From Lobosporangium transversale (taxonomy: Eukaryota): DNA of 64,000 nucleotides. The notes beneath the pieces were generated by a model. It did not search any database and was not told the DNA's origin. It saw only the letters and a list, made by a program, of their open reading frames with translations. Where the stretch lies: assembly GCF_002105155.1 (NCBI RefSeq), contig NW_019029005.1, positions 124,001 to 188,000 on the forward strand. Reading direction: 5' to 3'. Positions 14,117 through 27,444 of the stretch are shown piece after piece. Position numbers and translations under genes: made by a program. Each line of letters opens with the position of its first letter. Within the stretch, counting starts at the first letter, position 1.

Positions 14117-16839
14117 GTCGGATAATGTGAGGTTGATGATGATGTGGTGAGTGTAGTAGGGTATCAGGAAGTTGTAACGTTTGAGGTTGTTGAACGATCT
14201 GCAGAGAACTGTCAAATAATTGGGCCAAACCTGGCTCTGAAAGCTTCGAGGAGCTGTTCCTGGGCAAAGACAGAATTTCAATCCTGTTCATGATTAATGG
14301 TACAACAACGGTTTTAGGAATAAAAGGAAAGTCGATTGGATAGAAACGATCGAGTAATGCCAAGTGACAGTTAAAATGTGGAATACACCACTTGACAACT
14401 AAATAGGAGGACGAGAAAAGAGAGAGAAGGATTGGCGGGGCAATTAAAGAAAAAGTAAAAAGTAAAAAAAAAAAAAAAGGAGAATGAGTAATGAGCCGTG
14501 CCATCCAAATTGAATGGCGCACATGGCTGATGCAATGACATTCATGCGATGGTTGTTGTCTGGGCTATAGAAGTGGCAGTAATTGTATCTGGGGGCTAAC
14601 GTCCTTGAACTGTCTCCTTCTTTATTTCTTATTCATCCATCACACCATCGACTAGGGAAAAGCTCAATTGTAGTGCGCAATATGCGATATGGTGCAAACG
14701 TGTAATTCTAAGCAATCTGGCGCTCGGAGTATTATTATTTGTTACTGTTCTTATTGTAGACTTGTTTATCATTAAATATAAGGGATGAATATCCTGAAGG
14801 GAGAAAAGGAGCTGTCGACGAAAGTCATTGCCTCCAGGTCCAGGTTCAAGGGGTCTTCCTTTGATATGACAACAAACAATAGCAATACTGAGCAGTTTCT
14901 CTTTTTTGCTTTTGTTTGTTGATGCACTCTGTAGGTCATAAGCAATACCAAAATGACAAGGAGAAAGCTCATTTCGGCCCTGAATTAATGGAAAGGAAGG
15001 ACAGCTAAAAAGGAGTCTTTCAAATGGGCCGAAAGGCGCGAGATAAATATTTATATATTTTTAAAGACCAAATCAAACAGTAGCCTCAATCTCCTTTCTC
15101 AGATAAAATCCCGGTTGCAGCTTTGAACTTTGATTGTGGATTCAAACACAAACGCGTACATCTACATACACGCGTTTTACCTTTTTTTTTGTTGATGTGC
15201 TTATTCATATTCATATTGCACTACAACATCCTGTCGTTAGGATAGCAATGGAAAAATAGTCAGCGCACTGTGGTCGATGTTTATTTTATGCCCTCAGCAT
15301 ATTTTCAAATCCAGTTTCCTGGAATGTGCTTATGGAGTTTACCTGCCATCTAGTAATGTGATCAGACATATTTTTGAATGTGTCCGTATTAGGAGTACTT
15401 CCTTGCATTTTTTCGAATATTTATGACGTTTATTATACCCAGCCTTTGGAACAGTCCATTGGACGCGTAATCCACAAGTTGCACCGGTATAACGCTTTGT
15501 TTGCATCCAAAGGCATCATAACAATAAAGTTTAATTAACAGTGGGATTTTGAGTAAAAAACTTGTTGTTTGTATTTTTCTTCAATACTGGACCATAAAAT
15601 CCGACTGTGGCTCCAAAATATATGAGCATAGCATGAATATCTGAAAATTGAATGATTGTCCTCCTTTCAGCTCGCACATATTGGTCTTTTTATTCTACCC
15701 AAGTCATTGATTATTCTTTCAGTGTAATGTAAGGAGTATTGGAAGACTATCACTTGATGCTTGCCTTCTCCCTTAATATTATGTTACATCTCTAAGCATT
15801 ACTGTTGGGAATTTGGTCAGATTGAATCGTATGAGGAATAGGTCCTTGTGATGGCATTTGAAAGCGTACATCCAGCTATTACGATGATGAATATCCTTCT
15901 CAAAAAAAGACAAAACGAGAGCAATCAGCGTCCTGTGGTTGGTGGCCATTCACGTGATAACATTAAATCACAATAAAAGGTGTTTCCAAGCACATCCCTT
16001 ATCCATCGTTAAACAAAAATATTCGGTTGTCACAACGGAAAATCCCTTGCCGGTGTATGTAAATCCCTACCAACGTAGCTTTCTACAAGAGCTCTTCAAG
16101 ACTACCAAAAGAAGTCAGTTGTGCTATAAGGGTGTCGAATTGAGTTGGCGTATACTTGGACTTATTGAAGCAGAGATTAAAACGAGAATACAGTTACAGA
16201 CTCTTCCTAGCGATGAAGCCGGAATCCAGATCAAGATCTACTGCTAATATACTATGTTAACGAATGTATCCGTGATGGACACATAGAATCATCAATCCTG
16301 GCTTTTCGAATCATTACCAATTAGATCATTAGTATCGAAATTTACGACCGTAATCAAAGCTGATCTCATCGTTGAAGATGAAGTTCTCTTGGAGCGATTC
16401 ACATGCTGTGCCGATATAAAATTTTCACATTAGTTATCTTTCGAGACACTTGCTGTACCATTGTCGATAAAGAAGCCCATCCATGTTATCAATGAGGATT
16501 TTTAGGGGTTCTTGGCTGTCAGAATGGGATCTTATTTAGTGCAGAGGGGTTTGACAGGAGTATTGACGGCTGCAATCATCTCTTAATCTGTCAGTTTCAA
16601 CTTGATAAAATAATTCGTGAAATCTGCGAGTGATCGAGTAGTCGGTCCGTGCCATTATTGGTGGCACTTTTTATTTTTGCTTGCTCACGTACACGCTCGG
16701 ATCGTCACTTCATTCAGATTTTCTCCATTTCTCATGCATTCATTTTTTCCTCTCTTCTTCTCATCTCTACCTCATTTCACTCCATTCCTCTTCTTCTTCA
16801 TAGTTTTCAACCCTATTCGCTTTTATTTCTCACTATATC

Positions 16840-17983
16840 ATGTCATCTATGCAGTCTTCCTCCTTATTTGACGTTAAGGATAAGGTCGTCCTTGTCACTG
16901 GTGGCAGCCGAGGGTAAGGGAGCCTTTGTCTTGCCAAACCGGCTGGCAATCCCTTCTCTTTTTTTTTTCGGAGTACAGAAATTTCCAATCCTATTTTTTT
17001 TTTCTCATATTAACTGAATCTGTTTGATTGCTCTGTTGCTTGAATTCATGCATCATAAATAAAGGATCGGCTTGATGATCGCCCACGGTTTTATCGTCAA
17101 TGGTGCTAAAGTCTATATCTCCTCACGTTCTGCTGGTGTTTGTGACAAGGTTGCAGACGAATTGACAAAGCTGGGGCCCGGCAAATGCATCTCTCTCCCT
17201 GCAGACCTTCAAAGTATGGATGAGGTCAAGAGATTAGTTGCAGAGATTTCAAAGCGAGAGTCAAGTAAGTGGATAGGTGTTAACTAAAATTATTGGATGT
17301 CAGATGGCTGACAAGCATATGGATCACTAAGAGAAACTAACATCTTCAATCTCTTCGATTCTGCAGAGGTCCATGTCTTGGTGAATAATGCTGGTGCGAC
17401 GGTAAATCACCAATATTTGCTGCTTTGATTTAGATTAAGCAAGGTTTACCTATTCCAGCGACCTAATTATTTTATTCTTCCTTTATTGTTATAGTGGGGT
17501 GCTCCTATTGAGTCCTACCCTGATGAAGCGTTTGAGAAAGTTATGAATCTCAACCTGAAGCGTGTCTTCTCCTTGACACAGGCAATGTTACCTCTCTTGG
17601 ACGCTGCAGCCACAGAAAAGACTCCTGCTTCGATCATCAACATTGGATCTGTTGATGGCATCCATGTACCTACCCTTGAGACATATGCCTACTCCGCCTC
17701 CAAGGCAGCTTTGCACCAGATGACACGCGTCTTGGCAGGTCACTTGGGCCACCGCTATATTACCTGTAACGCCATTGCTCCAGGCCCTTTCCAATCCAAG
17801 ATGATGGCAGCTACCTTAAGAGACTTTGGAGAGACCATTGTATCAAACATCCCTATGGGTCGCATTGGTCAGCCTGAGGATATTGCTGCCACCTGCATCT
17901 ATCTTGCTTCCAGAGCCGGTGCCTACACTACTGGGGCTATCATCCCTGTCGACGGCGGCGCCTTGGTCAAGGCGAAGGCCTAA
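16840..17983 (+). CDS. Short-chain dehydrogenase/reductase (RhlG-like 3-oxoacyl-ACP reductase family), 4 exons
   Basis: LFDVKDKVVLVTGGSRG|IG (TGxxxGIG), LVNNAG, catalytic YSASK, CNAIAPGPFQSKM, IPMGRIGQPED, GAIIPVDGG; GT-AG introns. Confidence 0.92.
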
Positions 17984-18128
17984 GAGATGTTTTCGCAATA
18001 CATACACCTAATCTATTTAGTAGTTTGAAAAAGCAACCTATGTCTGCCTTGTCTATAAAGTATTATATTTTTATTTTTGTACTATTCTTCATAAGATTGT
18101 TCCTTCTGTTCTTGGTCACCAAAGAAAA

Positions 18129-19024
18129 TCAAAGAGTGATGATACATCCGAGTGCTAGCGCTCCTAAGGCAATGCTCATCTTTTGAAGGATAGCCATTAA
18201 TCCAGCACGCATATTCAAAGATCCTATAACGCCAGCGCCAGCGCCGGTGCTGCTACCAAAGGTCACAAGAGCTGCAGCAGAGCTGGATGATCCCTTCTTT
18301 TCAAGAGGAGCCTGAATACTAACCAAGCCCGCCAGTAATAAATGCTCGGTAGAGTCGTAGGAAGAGCCGGACGCGCAGTTGAGGTCGGGACGGGTGTTCC
18401 TGTTGTCGACACCACTAGAGGGGGAATAATGCTGGTTGTATTAGGTGTAACAATCAATTGTAGCTAGATGATATGAAAGAAAGAAAAAAGAATCAAGGAG
18501 TTAATTAGAGGGCTCTACTACGAAAGATCCAATGTTTGCTGAAAAATAACACACATGAAAAACGTACGTAGTAATCACCAATAGGATAGTCAGCAGCGGT
18601 GACATTCCAGGATTGAACCAAGCGTCTTATAGATAGACCTTTAATATCGGCAATGGTGGTATTGGAGGAACTCTCTGCCTTAGAAATCGAGATATAGGCA
18701 GAGCCTGGTACAACACAAAAATAAAGGATTAGTCAAGTAATAAACAAAAAAAGAAAGAAAAACGAAAGACAATGAGAAATGAGGCTTACTGATAGGCCTT
18801 CCCCCAATCACAGCCGAAATATACACGATTGACTCTTGATAAATGGCCATTCCGTTAGACGGGACGACAGCCAATCCTGGTGTGTTCTGATTTGAGGGTG
18901 GTAGAGGAGCACCCCTAGTCGGAACTGCTGACTGAGTTTGAGCCAGGACCAGTGCCAGTGGTTGGAAACATGCAATTATACCGGCAAGGATTAGCATAAT
19001 TCTGATAGTGTTTGACATCGACAT
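18129..19024 (-). CDS. Secreted Ser/Thr/Pro-rich protein, probably GPI-anchored (3 exons)
   Basis: Hydrophobic signal MSMSNTIRIMLILAGIIACFQPLALVLAQ; beta-rich middle (SWNVTAADYPIGDYY|LQLIVTPN); Thr/Pro stalk; SSSSAAA linker and hydrophobic C-terminus IALGALALGCIITL*. Confidence 0.7.
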
Positions 19025-19637
19025 TGACTTTAAGCAAAAAAGTGTGGAGGAAAAAAAAATTATTAGTAGATCGACAGAAGGATTGGAGATGAAGAAGGAC
19101 GGATGAATAAGTGATAGGATGAGGAAACAAATCAATGGGGAGTGTGGTGTTGGGCAGGAAGGGGATCGTTAAGCACTTGCAAGCGAGAGCGTTATGATAA
19201 AGAATGAAAGAAAAGAAAAAAAAGAAATGAAGAGTAGGATGAAGAGTAAGGTGGGGAGAAGAGGAAAAAAAAAAAAAGGATTTTCAGGAAATCAAAAAGA
19301 GAGAAACATGAATATGCCTCTTTCAATTTGCCCGCCGAATGCTTATTTTTTAATAAAGTGTAGACATGAAAAATGGCATGCGCTTCACAAAGTGCTCTCG
19401 AGTGTTTGTTTTTGTGTACAGTTCAATTGTTGATCAAGTCAAGTGAAATGCTAATAAACAGAATTGCTCTTCATAGCAATTCTGTTGGAAGATTGTTTGT
19501 GCAACAAACAACCGTCGTCTTTATTTTTACAATAAGAAAGTGGAGAAGACTTCAAAGTAACTAATAAAAGAACAAGTCTAATCTCTCCAACACAAATGTC
19601 CTGCATAAAATAGAGGCAGCAACAGGCTATTTTTTTT

Positions 19638-21998
19638 TTACAAGCCTTCCTTCAGCACCAGAATGCCGTCATGAGGTGTTGCTACTTTCTTAACAATAGC
19701 AGCAAGGATATTTTTGTTACGAGGTTCCTTCCGCAGCTTCTTCTTCAAGTCCACAATCAAGTCGCGGGTGGTCACCTGTGGTCGACTCTTGAGTAGCGCT
19801 ATCACTTCTGCCTCTGTAATAAGCATTGAATCTATTTGATCACAAAAAAAAAGTTCTATGTTCATTAAGGAAGTTCATCATAAAGGCAAAATACAAATAA
19901 AAAAACGTAATAAAAGAAGAATACGTTTACCATCTCCAGGTGCTCCAGTATCTGCAGGAGCATTAGCACTTGATGATGGTGCTGATGGTGCCAGCTCATT
20001 AGATCGAGGCTGCTTTCTACTTGGGCCATCATCTGCCGCTTCGTTAGCATCGCCCATTTTCTTACGCTTCTTCTCAACTACCCCAGCCGCAGCAGGGGAG
20101 GATGCAATGCCGTTGCTAGGCAGTTTTGGACTTTGAGAAGATAAAGCCCCAGTCTTGACTGTGAGCTTGATGGTTTACCATTGGCGCTCGCATTGACATT
20201 CCGGGGCGTCGGCATGGGTACTTTAGTCTTGACCGCCTTGGCAGTGACGGGTTTATTGGGTGTGGCAGCTTTGGCAGCGTTCGCCTTCTTGGCAATCAAT
20301 GGCGCCTTAGCATTGGCTTTGCCCTTGCCCTTTTGTTTAGCTGTCTCTTGTGATAAAGGATTCGACTCGTCCTCCTTCTTCATTTCTTTCTCTTTATCAA
20401 CCTCATCTAAGTCAGAATCGGACGAATCTTTATCCTAGGTCGATCAAAAAATAAAGATTCGCATCGAATGAGTTTTTTTTTTTTTTTTTTTTTTTTTTAC
20501 AGAAAGAAACAAATAATGTCATGTGTTTAAGAACTTACACTCGCATATGGATCTTTGTCATCATCACTTGCATAGACCTTGTTCTTTTGCAATTTCAAAA
20601 GAGCTTTTTTAACCGCTTTTCCAGTTTCGGTCAAACGACCCCTATCATCCTCTTCATCCTCATCTTCATCAGAATCCATAGATGGCCCTTGGTTTCTCCG
20701 GGACTGAGGCAATTCCAAAGTGTTTCCAAAGATGAATGGAGCAACAAAAAAAAAAAAAGTCAGCGCATGATAAATGTAGTCCCAGACAGCGCCTCCAATG
20801 TCAACTATCTAGACGTGTTGTCCATGATTATTATTATCATTTTTTTTTTTCGCTCACTTACATCGTCCTTGGCGTCATCTTCAAATCCTGGCATCTCGGC
20901 TGGCATCTCTTCGTCATCTTGCCAGACTTCATCAAAGTCCATTTCATCCACATCACCATGTTTTCCGCGTTTTTTCTTTCGTTCCTTAGCCTCATCTTCG
21001 TCGTATCCAACGTCATCCTCATGATCAACAGTCATCAATTGTTCATGTCCCGCATCCTCTTCAACGCCTTCCTCGCCGTCTTCTGCTTTTGTCTTGTTCT
21101 TGGATCTCATAAGCCATCGGATGTTATTGTTCTGCTTCTGTGACTTTTGATACTATACGTTCGAGAAAAAGAAAAAAATTGAATAAGAACAGTAGGGAAA
21201 CAAGTTTCCAGTGCATGCAATGTGCCTAAACACATTCATTTTACTCTACCTGCTCTTCAGCCTCCTCGGCAGTAAGGGTTGTATATGGAATCTTTGGAGA
21301 GAATTTGTACCACTTATCAGCAGGTACGACTTTAAAACCGTCATCTGAAAACACAAACAGGACATAGTTTGCGTGTTGGCCTCCTTCGAGTTGGCCGGTC
21401 CAGTTGTTTTTACTATCATAGTCCTCAATGACCCAAGGTGCAGCTTCAATCTCCTTTTTCTTCCGTTCTTCTTCATTAGCAATATAAATCTGTCTCGTCC
21501 GCTTCTTAAACAACATCTGTTTATTCCTGACACCGCTCCGCTATAGGGTGCAATCAAGGATGTGTCTGCTCCTGTTGTTGGGCCTGTTGATGGTGCCCCA
21601 GGGGTACCTCCGTTAGCGCCACCTCCTGCCCCTGTGGTGGCGCCATCCTTCTTGTCATCGCCTGTCTTATTATTTTGGTTATTGTATTTGTTTTGATAGT
21701 TATATCCGCGATAGTAATGGTTGGTCTCATTTCGCTTGCGTTGCAACTTGACAGGTGCAGTGAATGTAGATGGGTCCACTTCTTTTGTTCCATGAAAACG
21801 CATAACATGATGCAAGACATCTCGTGAGGTTGAAACCAGCTTATAGTCCGTATGATTCTCAGGTATTGCCTGGGGCGCAGGCTTTTCAATCTTTCGCTTA
21901 ATAGTAGGGCCAGTACCGACGCCTGTGCCTGCCCCGAGGGCTCTGCGCTGCTGTGCACGATTGGTCTGAATAGGTGGACGTGAGCGTAAAAAGGACAT
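19638..21998 (-). CDS. TFG1: Transcription initiation factor TFIIF large subunit (Tfg1/RAP74)
   Basis: HHVMRFHG..PVKLQRK, PWVIEDYDSKNNWTGQLEGG..YVLFVFSDDGFKVVPADKWYKFSPKIPYTTLTAEEAEEQ, acidic centre (DEMDFDEVWQDDEE), C-terminal winged helix ITEAEVIALLKSRPQVTTRDLI. Confidence 0.9.
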
Positions 21999-22300
21999 GA
22001 CAGGATGTGATGTGTGAGATGTGATTTCTTTTTTTTTGTTGCGTTAATGAATCCGCCTTTTTTTTTTTTTTTTTTTTTTTCTTTTTTGATTTATTCTTAA
22101 ATGTTTCTCAGATAGACAGTAGATTATACAAATAATACGAATTAATTAAAATAAAAAAAAAGAAAAAGAAGAAAGAGAAAAAAGGTAATGAACAATCATG
22201 CATCAGATCATCCACCTTTATGATAAATGATAAGTGCAGCGCACAGCGATTGCTTTATTTATATTTGTAGGGTGTCACGTGTAAGGAGTATCCAAAAAAG

Positions 22301-22417
22301 CAGAGGGTCAAGCTTGTCGCTCTTTTTGGCTAGGCTCTTTCAAATATAAATGGTTTACTTAACAAAATTCTATAATTGAAAGGACTAACCAAAAAGAGTG
22401 ACAAGCTTGACTCTCTG
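22301..22417 (+). mobile_element. 117-bp MITE, hAT-like (copy 1)
   Basis: 33-bp TIRs CAGAGGGTCAAGCTTGTCGCTCTTTTTGGCTAG / CTAACCAAAAAGAGTGACAAGCTTGACTCTCTG (3 mismatches); flanks CAAAAAAG / CAAAAAG fit an ~8-bp TSD; near-identical copy at 51637-51749. Confidence 0.85.
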
Positions 22418-23628
22418 CAAAAAGTCACATACACGGGATAGGAGCTCCCAATAGCCTCTATTTGAATAGATATTGTGGCACCTCATTGGTAATTGGGAGA
22501 TCCTTTTTCGTTGTTATCTTCGATTGCGCTGTAGTAGCCGAAAAGGTCGCTTTTAACGCAAAAGGCGAAAAAAATATTTTTTTTACTTTTGGTGCGAGTT
22601 ATACGAAGAACTGGAATAACTCAGAGAAAGCGACTTCGCTACTGCCACGGATGAGTCTGTGCTGATACCAACCTAAAAATTGAGTCCAATATAGCTTATA
22701 TTCATACGTTTTCTGAAGTCCTTCGTATATTGTACCATTCTCCTCTGGATCGGATTAAATGATGAAGCAACTGTTTTCAATATCCATTAACTCCAAGTCA
22801 AACTAAACTCTCTGACAAAGAGCTTGCGGAGCAATTAAAGAACAAAAACAGAGTGTCTACTACCAATGAACGACCTTTTTACCTTCGTTAGTTGAACAGA
22901 TTTCATCATTATCAAAAGTATCACTGCTCATGTCAATCATGCTATTTGAATCATTATCAAAAATCTGGCTCGCAAGATCCTCAAAATTAATTAGGGGAGG
23001 AGAGTCCTGTAGTAGACTTTTAAAATTCAATGTATGGAAGCTGTGGAGATACAAGCAAATATTCTCCATCCTTTTGTGAACGAGCTCATCGGTCGTATTT
23101 CCCTCCCCTCTGAACATCATCAATTTGTTGTTTGATGGAGGCATTTCCTTATATGTTGTATTTTCGGTTCCACTTGATGAAGATCCCATCGAGAAGGCCA
23201 GATTTCTTTCTTTAATCGCTATGCAGGAACATGATTATCAACGATACAATATGACTGAGAATAAATTTACCACAATCTCTATTCGGATCTATGATATTAA
23301 CCAATAGCAAACCTCTAACCTGAACACACTATTTTATTTTAATTCGGCATTGAAGGTGCTGTAACAGGAATGGCACTCAAATAGGTCAATTGGGATATTG
23401 AATAACAAGGCTTTGTCACACAGACACTCTGACACAGCGGTCATGTACACAGATGCCCTTCCTTTAACTTTGTATATCTATCACCAATTTATAGGCCCTA
23501 CTGGAAATTGGAAAGGATCTGAATTGTTCGGGGAAAAACTGTAGAGTCATTTAGCCGAGACTATGTTATTTGCAGTTGGTTGAACATGTATGTGATAAAA
23601 TACAACAGTATATTTATTCATAAAATGT

Positions 23629-25689
23629 TTATCCGCTATGGGAAAACCTCTTCCCTTTAAGGAATCCTCCTCCGCTACCATCACCGTTTTTCCCTAACAG
23701 TGGTCCAAACAACGAAGATCCAGACAGGATCCCACCAGACGAACGTCTGTTGTGCTTGCCTCCATTTCCTTTGCCTGTACCATCAACAGTTAAACTCTTC
23801 TTCATTTTGAGCGTGCCTTCCGGTGGTGGAGCAGCAGATGACCGGATTTGAGATGGTAAAAGCGTAATTGAAGATCGAGTAGAAGATGCGGGCGAAGCTT
23901 CACCTCCTGGTATTGCTGTGGATGCCGCCGATGCTGTTGGTGCTACTGATACTGGCGCGGATGCTATTGAAGAGGGAGATGAGATGGCGGATTCTGCAGG
24001 AAGTGCAGATGTTGCTTCAGCCATGGTCGTAGGTGTATTGTTCGGCAAAAATAGAGACGAAAGTGGTCTCATTTCTCACTAGGACTAGTCCGTCCCGGGA
24101 ACTTTACGCCTGCGTGAATGGTGGCACTTGGAAAAGAGCACTCTGAGAAGACAAAATGCCGTTACTACTGGTGTATGTTTGCATGCTTCTCAAATCAAAA
24201 TCAGAGGCGGACATGTGCACGGGTTGAGCAAAATGAGGTTGGTAGTCAAGCTTTTCGATTGGAAGGAGAGATGAACGGCGCCGGAATATCCCTTTAGATT
24301 TGTTTTTTGACTTTGTCAGCTTGCGCTCTGGACGAACAACGACGACAGGGACGGGAGAATGGTGTAAACAGTATCGTGACACTGAACCTAGTAAAAATCC
24401 TTTGACTGGATTGCGGCCTCTCGTCCCGACTACTAACATGTCTGGTTGGTACAACTTGATCTTTTTTTTTTTTTTTTTTTTTTTTTTTTCAATGCAGTGT
24501 TAATGCTTGACATATTGTAATATGTTGATTCCTCAATGGTAAATATACTTATTGGGTCCTTACCATGTATTGAATGGTATCACGGACATTGCCAACCATG
24601 CATTCAACAACGATACTAAGTTCTCTCCCAGACAGATTCTGCTCGCGGATCGAGGCCATAAGTTTGTTAGCTTCTTCACGAGCTGCACTTTCCTGACCTT
24701 GGAAGGAAGGGATACGTGTTTTTGACACTAGAAAAGTATCGATGAAGGGCCAAGACGTATGTTAAGAACGAGCTGATTCATTAAAAATGATTCGAACAGA
24801 TGTATTTGTTATCTTGGCAATGCATTTTTGTATTCTTATATGCGCCGGTTTATGTAATAATCAATTGTTGCCTTATGACGCCTTTTCGTTTCGAACAAGT
24901 CGTCCTCGAGGACAATGTTCAACCCAAAAATAAACTTACAGGAATCTCTCAGTTCCACAGGGACGACTCGAAGGGCAACTATCTGAATGATGCAATAGAA
25001 CAGAGGAAGGCACGTCAGCTTCGTGTGTGAGATCGATATGGAGGATTGAGCTAGTTTTTCGACTTGTACAAACAGTATGCATGTGTAAAAGATTGAGAAG
25101 TGTCCATAGAATAAAGTACAAATGCTGTCTGGCTCAAGTAAGATGGACCAAACATTCCATAACCCTCTTGTGTTAGAAGAACGATCGGAACAATGATTTC
25201 TCGAACTTTTTATGTCAGATTGTCTCATATTGCAAGGTAAAGAACTCTAAAAACTTTTACCTCATCACCGTCTTCAACCATGTTCTCCATGACCCACTGC
25301 AAAGCATGAGCCGAATACTCATTCAAGTCGGTTCCAACAAGGAATGTTCTACTATGCTTGCCTCTCTTCCAGCTATCAGTCTTTGCCTGAAGCGTAAACG
25401 CGTATTCTGAAGTATCGTCACAGCCAAGTGTATCAAAGCCAACTCGAGAGACATAACCGTCCACAGAAGAAGATCTTTTCTGCTGATTCTTGCTCTGGCT
25501 TTGGATTTGATGGGGCTCAGCAGAATTGTCGATATCAAGTGATGTTGTATTTGATGAAGTGGAATGACGAGGATTGTTTGCTTTTGGGTAAGTAAAGGCT
25601 GCGGTTATCTGGGCATTAGCAATAGTGTTATTCATGGTGAGCGTATTACAATCGCTCATGTCATCTATCTTTGGCGTAGAAATAATCAT
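23629..25689 (-). CDS. Universal stress protein (USP) domain protein with Ser-rich tail
   Basis: [53 protein letters not shown] | IVALRVV | ..[13 protein letters not shown] | [41 protein letters not shown]; start codon uncertain. Confidence 0.88.
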
Positions 25690-26879
25690 ATTGGAGTCGC
25701 TACCAAGCTGGTTGGAGTAAATTAGTAAAGAGGTAATGCAAGGATGGAATGGAGTATACGGGTAATAGTAAGGAATGAAAGAAACAAGAGGATGAGACAA
25801 CGTTGTAATGGAGGGAAACGGTGGGGTGGGAAGTTGGGAACGACGAAATTTTTTGGACGTGTCTCACAATGTGACCCCATCTTGATGTTGTCGCAGCCCA
25901 ATGCATGGTCTGGATCAATCGATGCTCTCTCTGCCCGCTATCATATTTTGCTAGAATTTGTCCTCCAGATAAACCCTGCAGCATAATATAATTATAACGG
26001 AAAAGGCATGAATGAAAAAGTTTAAAATGTTTCTTGACATGCTCAGCATATTTGTTATTTCTTCATTAGCCACACTTAATCTACCACAAGCATAGGCACA
26101 AGCACAGGCACAGCTAACTATCAACATAGCCATAAGAACACAAACACATAATTATCTGATCAAGGCTACAAGGTTTTCAGGATCAATCCATTCAAGAAGT
26201 AAGGAGATCTTGTTAAAGCAGAAGGAGTACCTGGTTAATTAAATGTGATCGGTCCTTCATTAGTGGCTGGGACATTGGGACTGTTTGTTTTGAAGACCAT
26301 CATCAAATATGCAGCATTTTTTTTTTTTTTTTTTTTCTTTCTTCCTCCTCTTTTCCTCTCCATCCCTTCCGTAGCACCATTAACCTGTGTTTGCAGAGCA
26401 TCCAGGCATTGGGAGACATTTACGCGAAGAAGAGCTCCTTCACGAAACTTTTTCTTTAAAAAAAAAAAAAAGCGTTCCATGAAGCGAGAAGGAGTCCCTT
26501 CCCATATCATATCATTAATTCACAACTAAAACCATTAAACAAAGCACAATTCCTCCACAGTTTAGTCTGATTGCATTATTCTCCATTTCTGTTCAACACA
26601 CAATTCCATTTCTTTTGTGGCGATGGGTGGGTAAGTCATTGTTCTTCTGATCCATTCTTCGTTTCACGTCTTTTTACTCGGCCATTGCTTCTCAGCAGAA
26701 CACCACCCTCAAACTGTACTCAACTTTATTATTGCTCCCTACTTCCTTCGCTTTTCTATCCAAAGTTTATGCCAACACTGTTGTGGTTCTTTGGTGACTT
26801 CCTTATTGTTTTCTAACCTGTCTGATATGTTTCAGTGAAGAAAAACCTCGGATACGATAATTGCAACCACATTGGAGCC

Positions 26880-26915
<36 letters not shown>

Positions 26916-27444
26916 GTCCATACTTGCATTCTGCTATGCTTAATCTGCAGAGTGGAGAGCGCGGGCACCTCAAATCTGGTGCATTATATTTTATTTGTTT
27001 TATTTGCAGAAAGCATTTTTGCATAAAAGGGAGGGTAGCAAGAAACAAAAAAAGTTGCTTTGATCTGATTATCAATCTCACATGAGCACCGTATTTCTTT
27101 ATCTCATGGATGGTGTACACCACACGATCTAACCGACATTTACACTACAAACAACACACTTTTACTTGCCAAACTATACCAAAAAGAGCATCCAATTGAC
27201 GCTTGCTGTCTCATTGAATCGTAGCATTTGTCCTGTGGGAAAAAAAAAGGAAAATAGAAAAGATGCGCTCATGCTTGATAATGAAATATTGGGACTAAGG
27301 TTGAGACATGGGCTTGGGAAAAGTCAATTCTTACTAACATGCTCATATACATGCCACATGTACACTATACACTTCATACTACTCCATAACACAGTATCAA
27401 AGAAACTCGAGTCTTGCTCAACTTCCTAACCCACCCCTACTCGA

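Noticed and set aside
15152..15468. Three ACGCGT (MCB-like) sites
   Set aside because: More than 1 kb from the nearest start codons, with no cell-cycle gene to link them to.
22620..23310. Coding-like fragments between TFG1 and USP (similar ones at 4936-5166, 15939-16450, 42799-43035, 52878-53069)
   Set aside because: Short, stop-interrupted and no recognisable family; may be relics but unsupported without a homology search.
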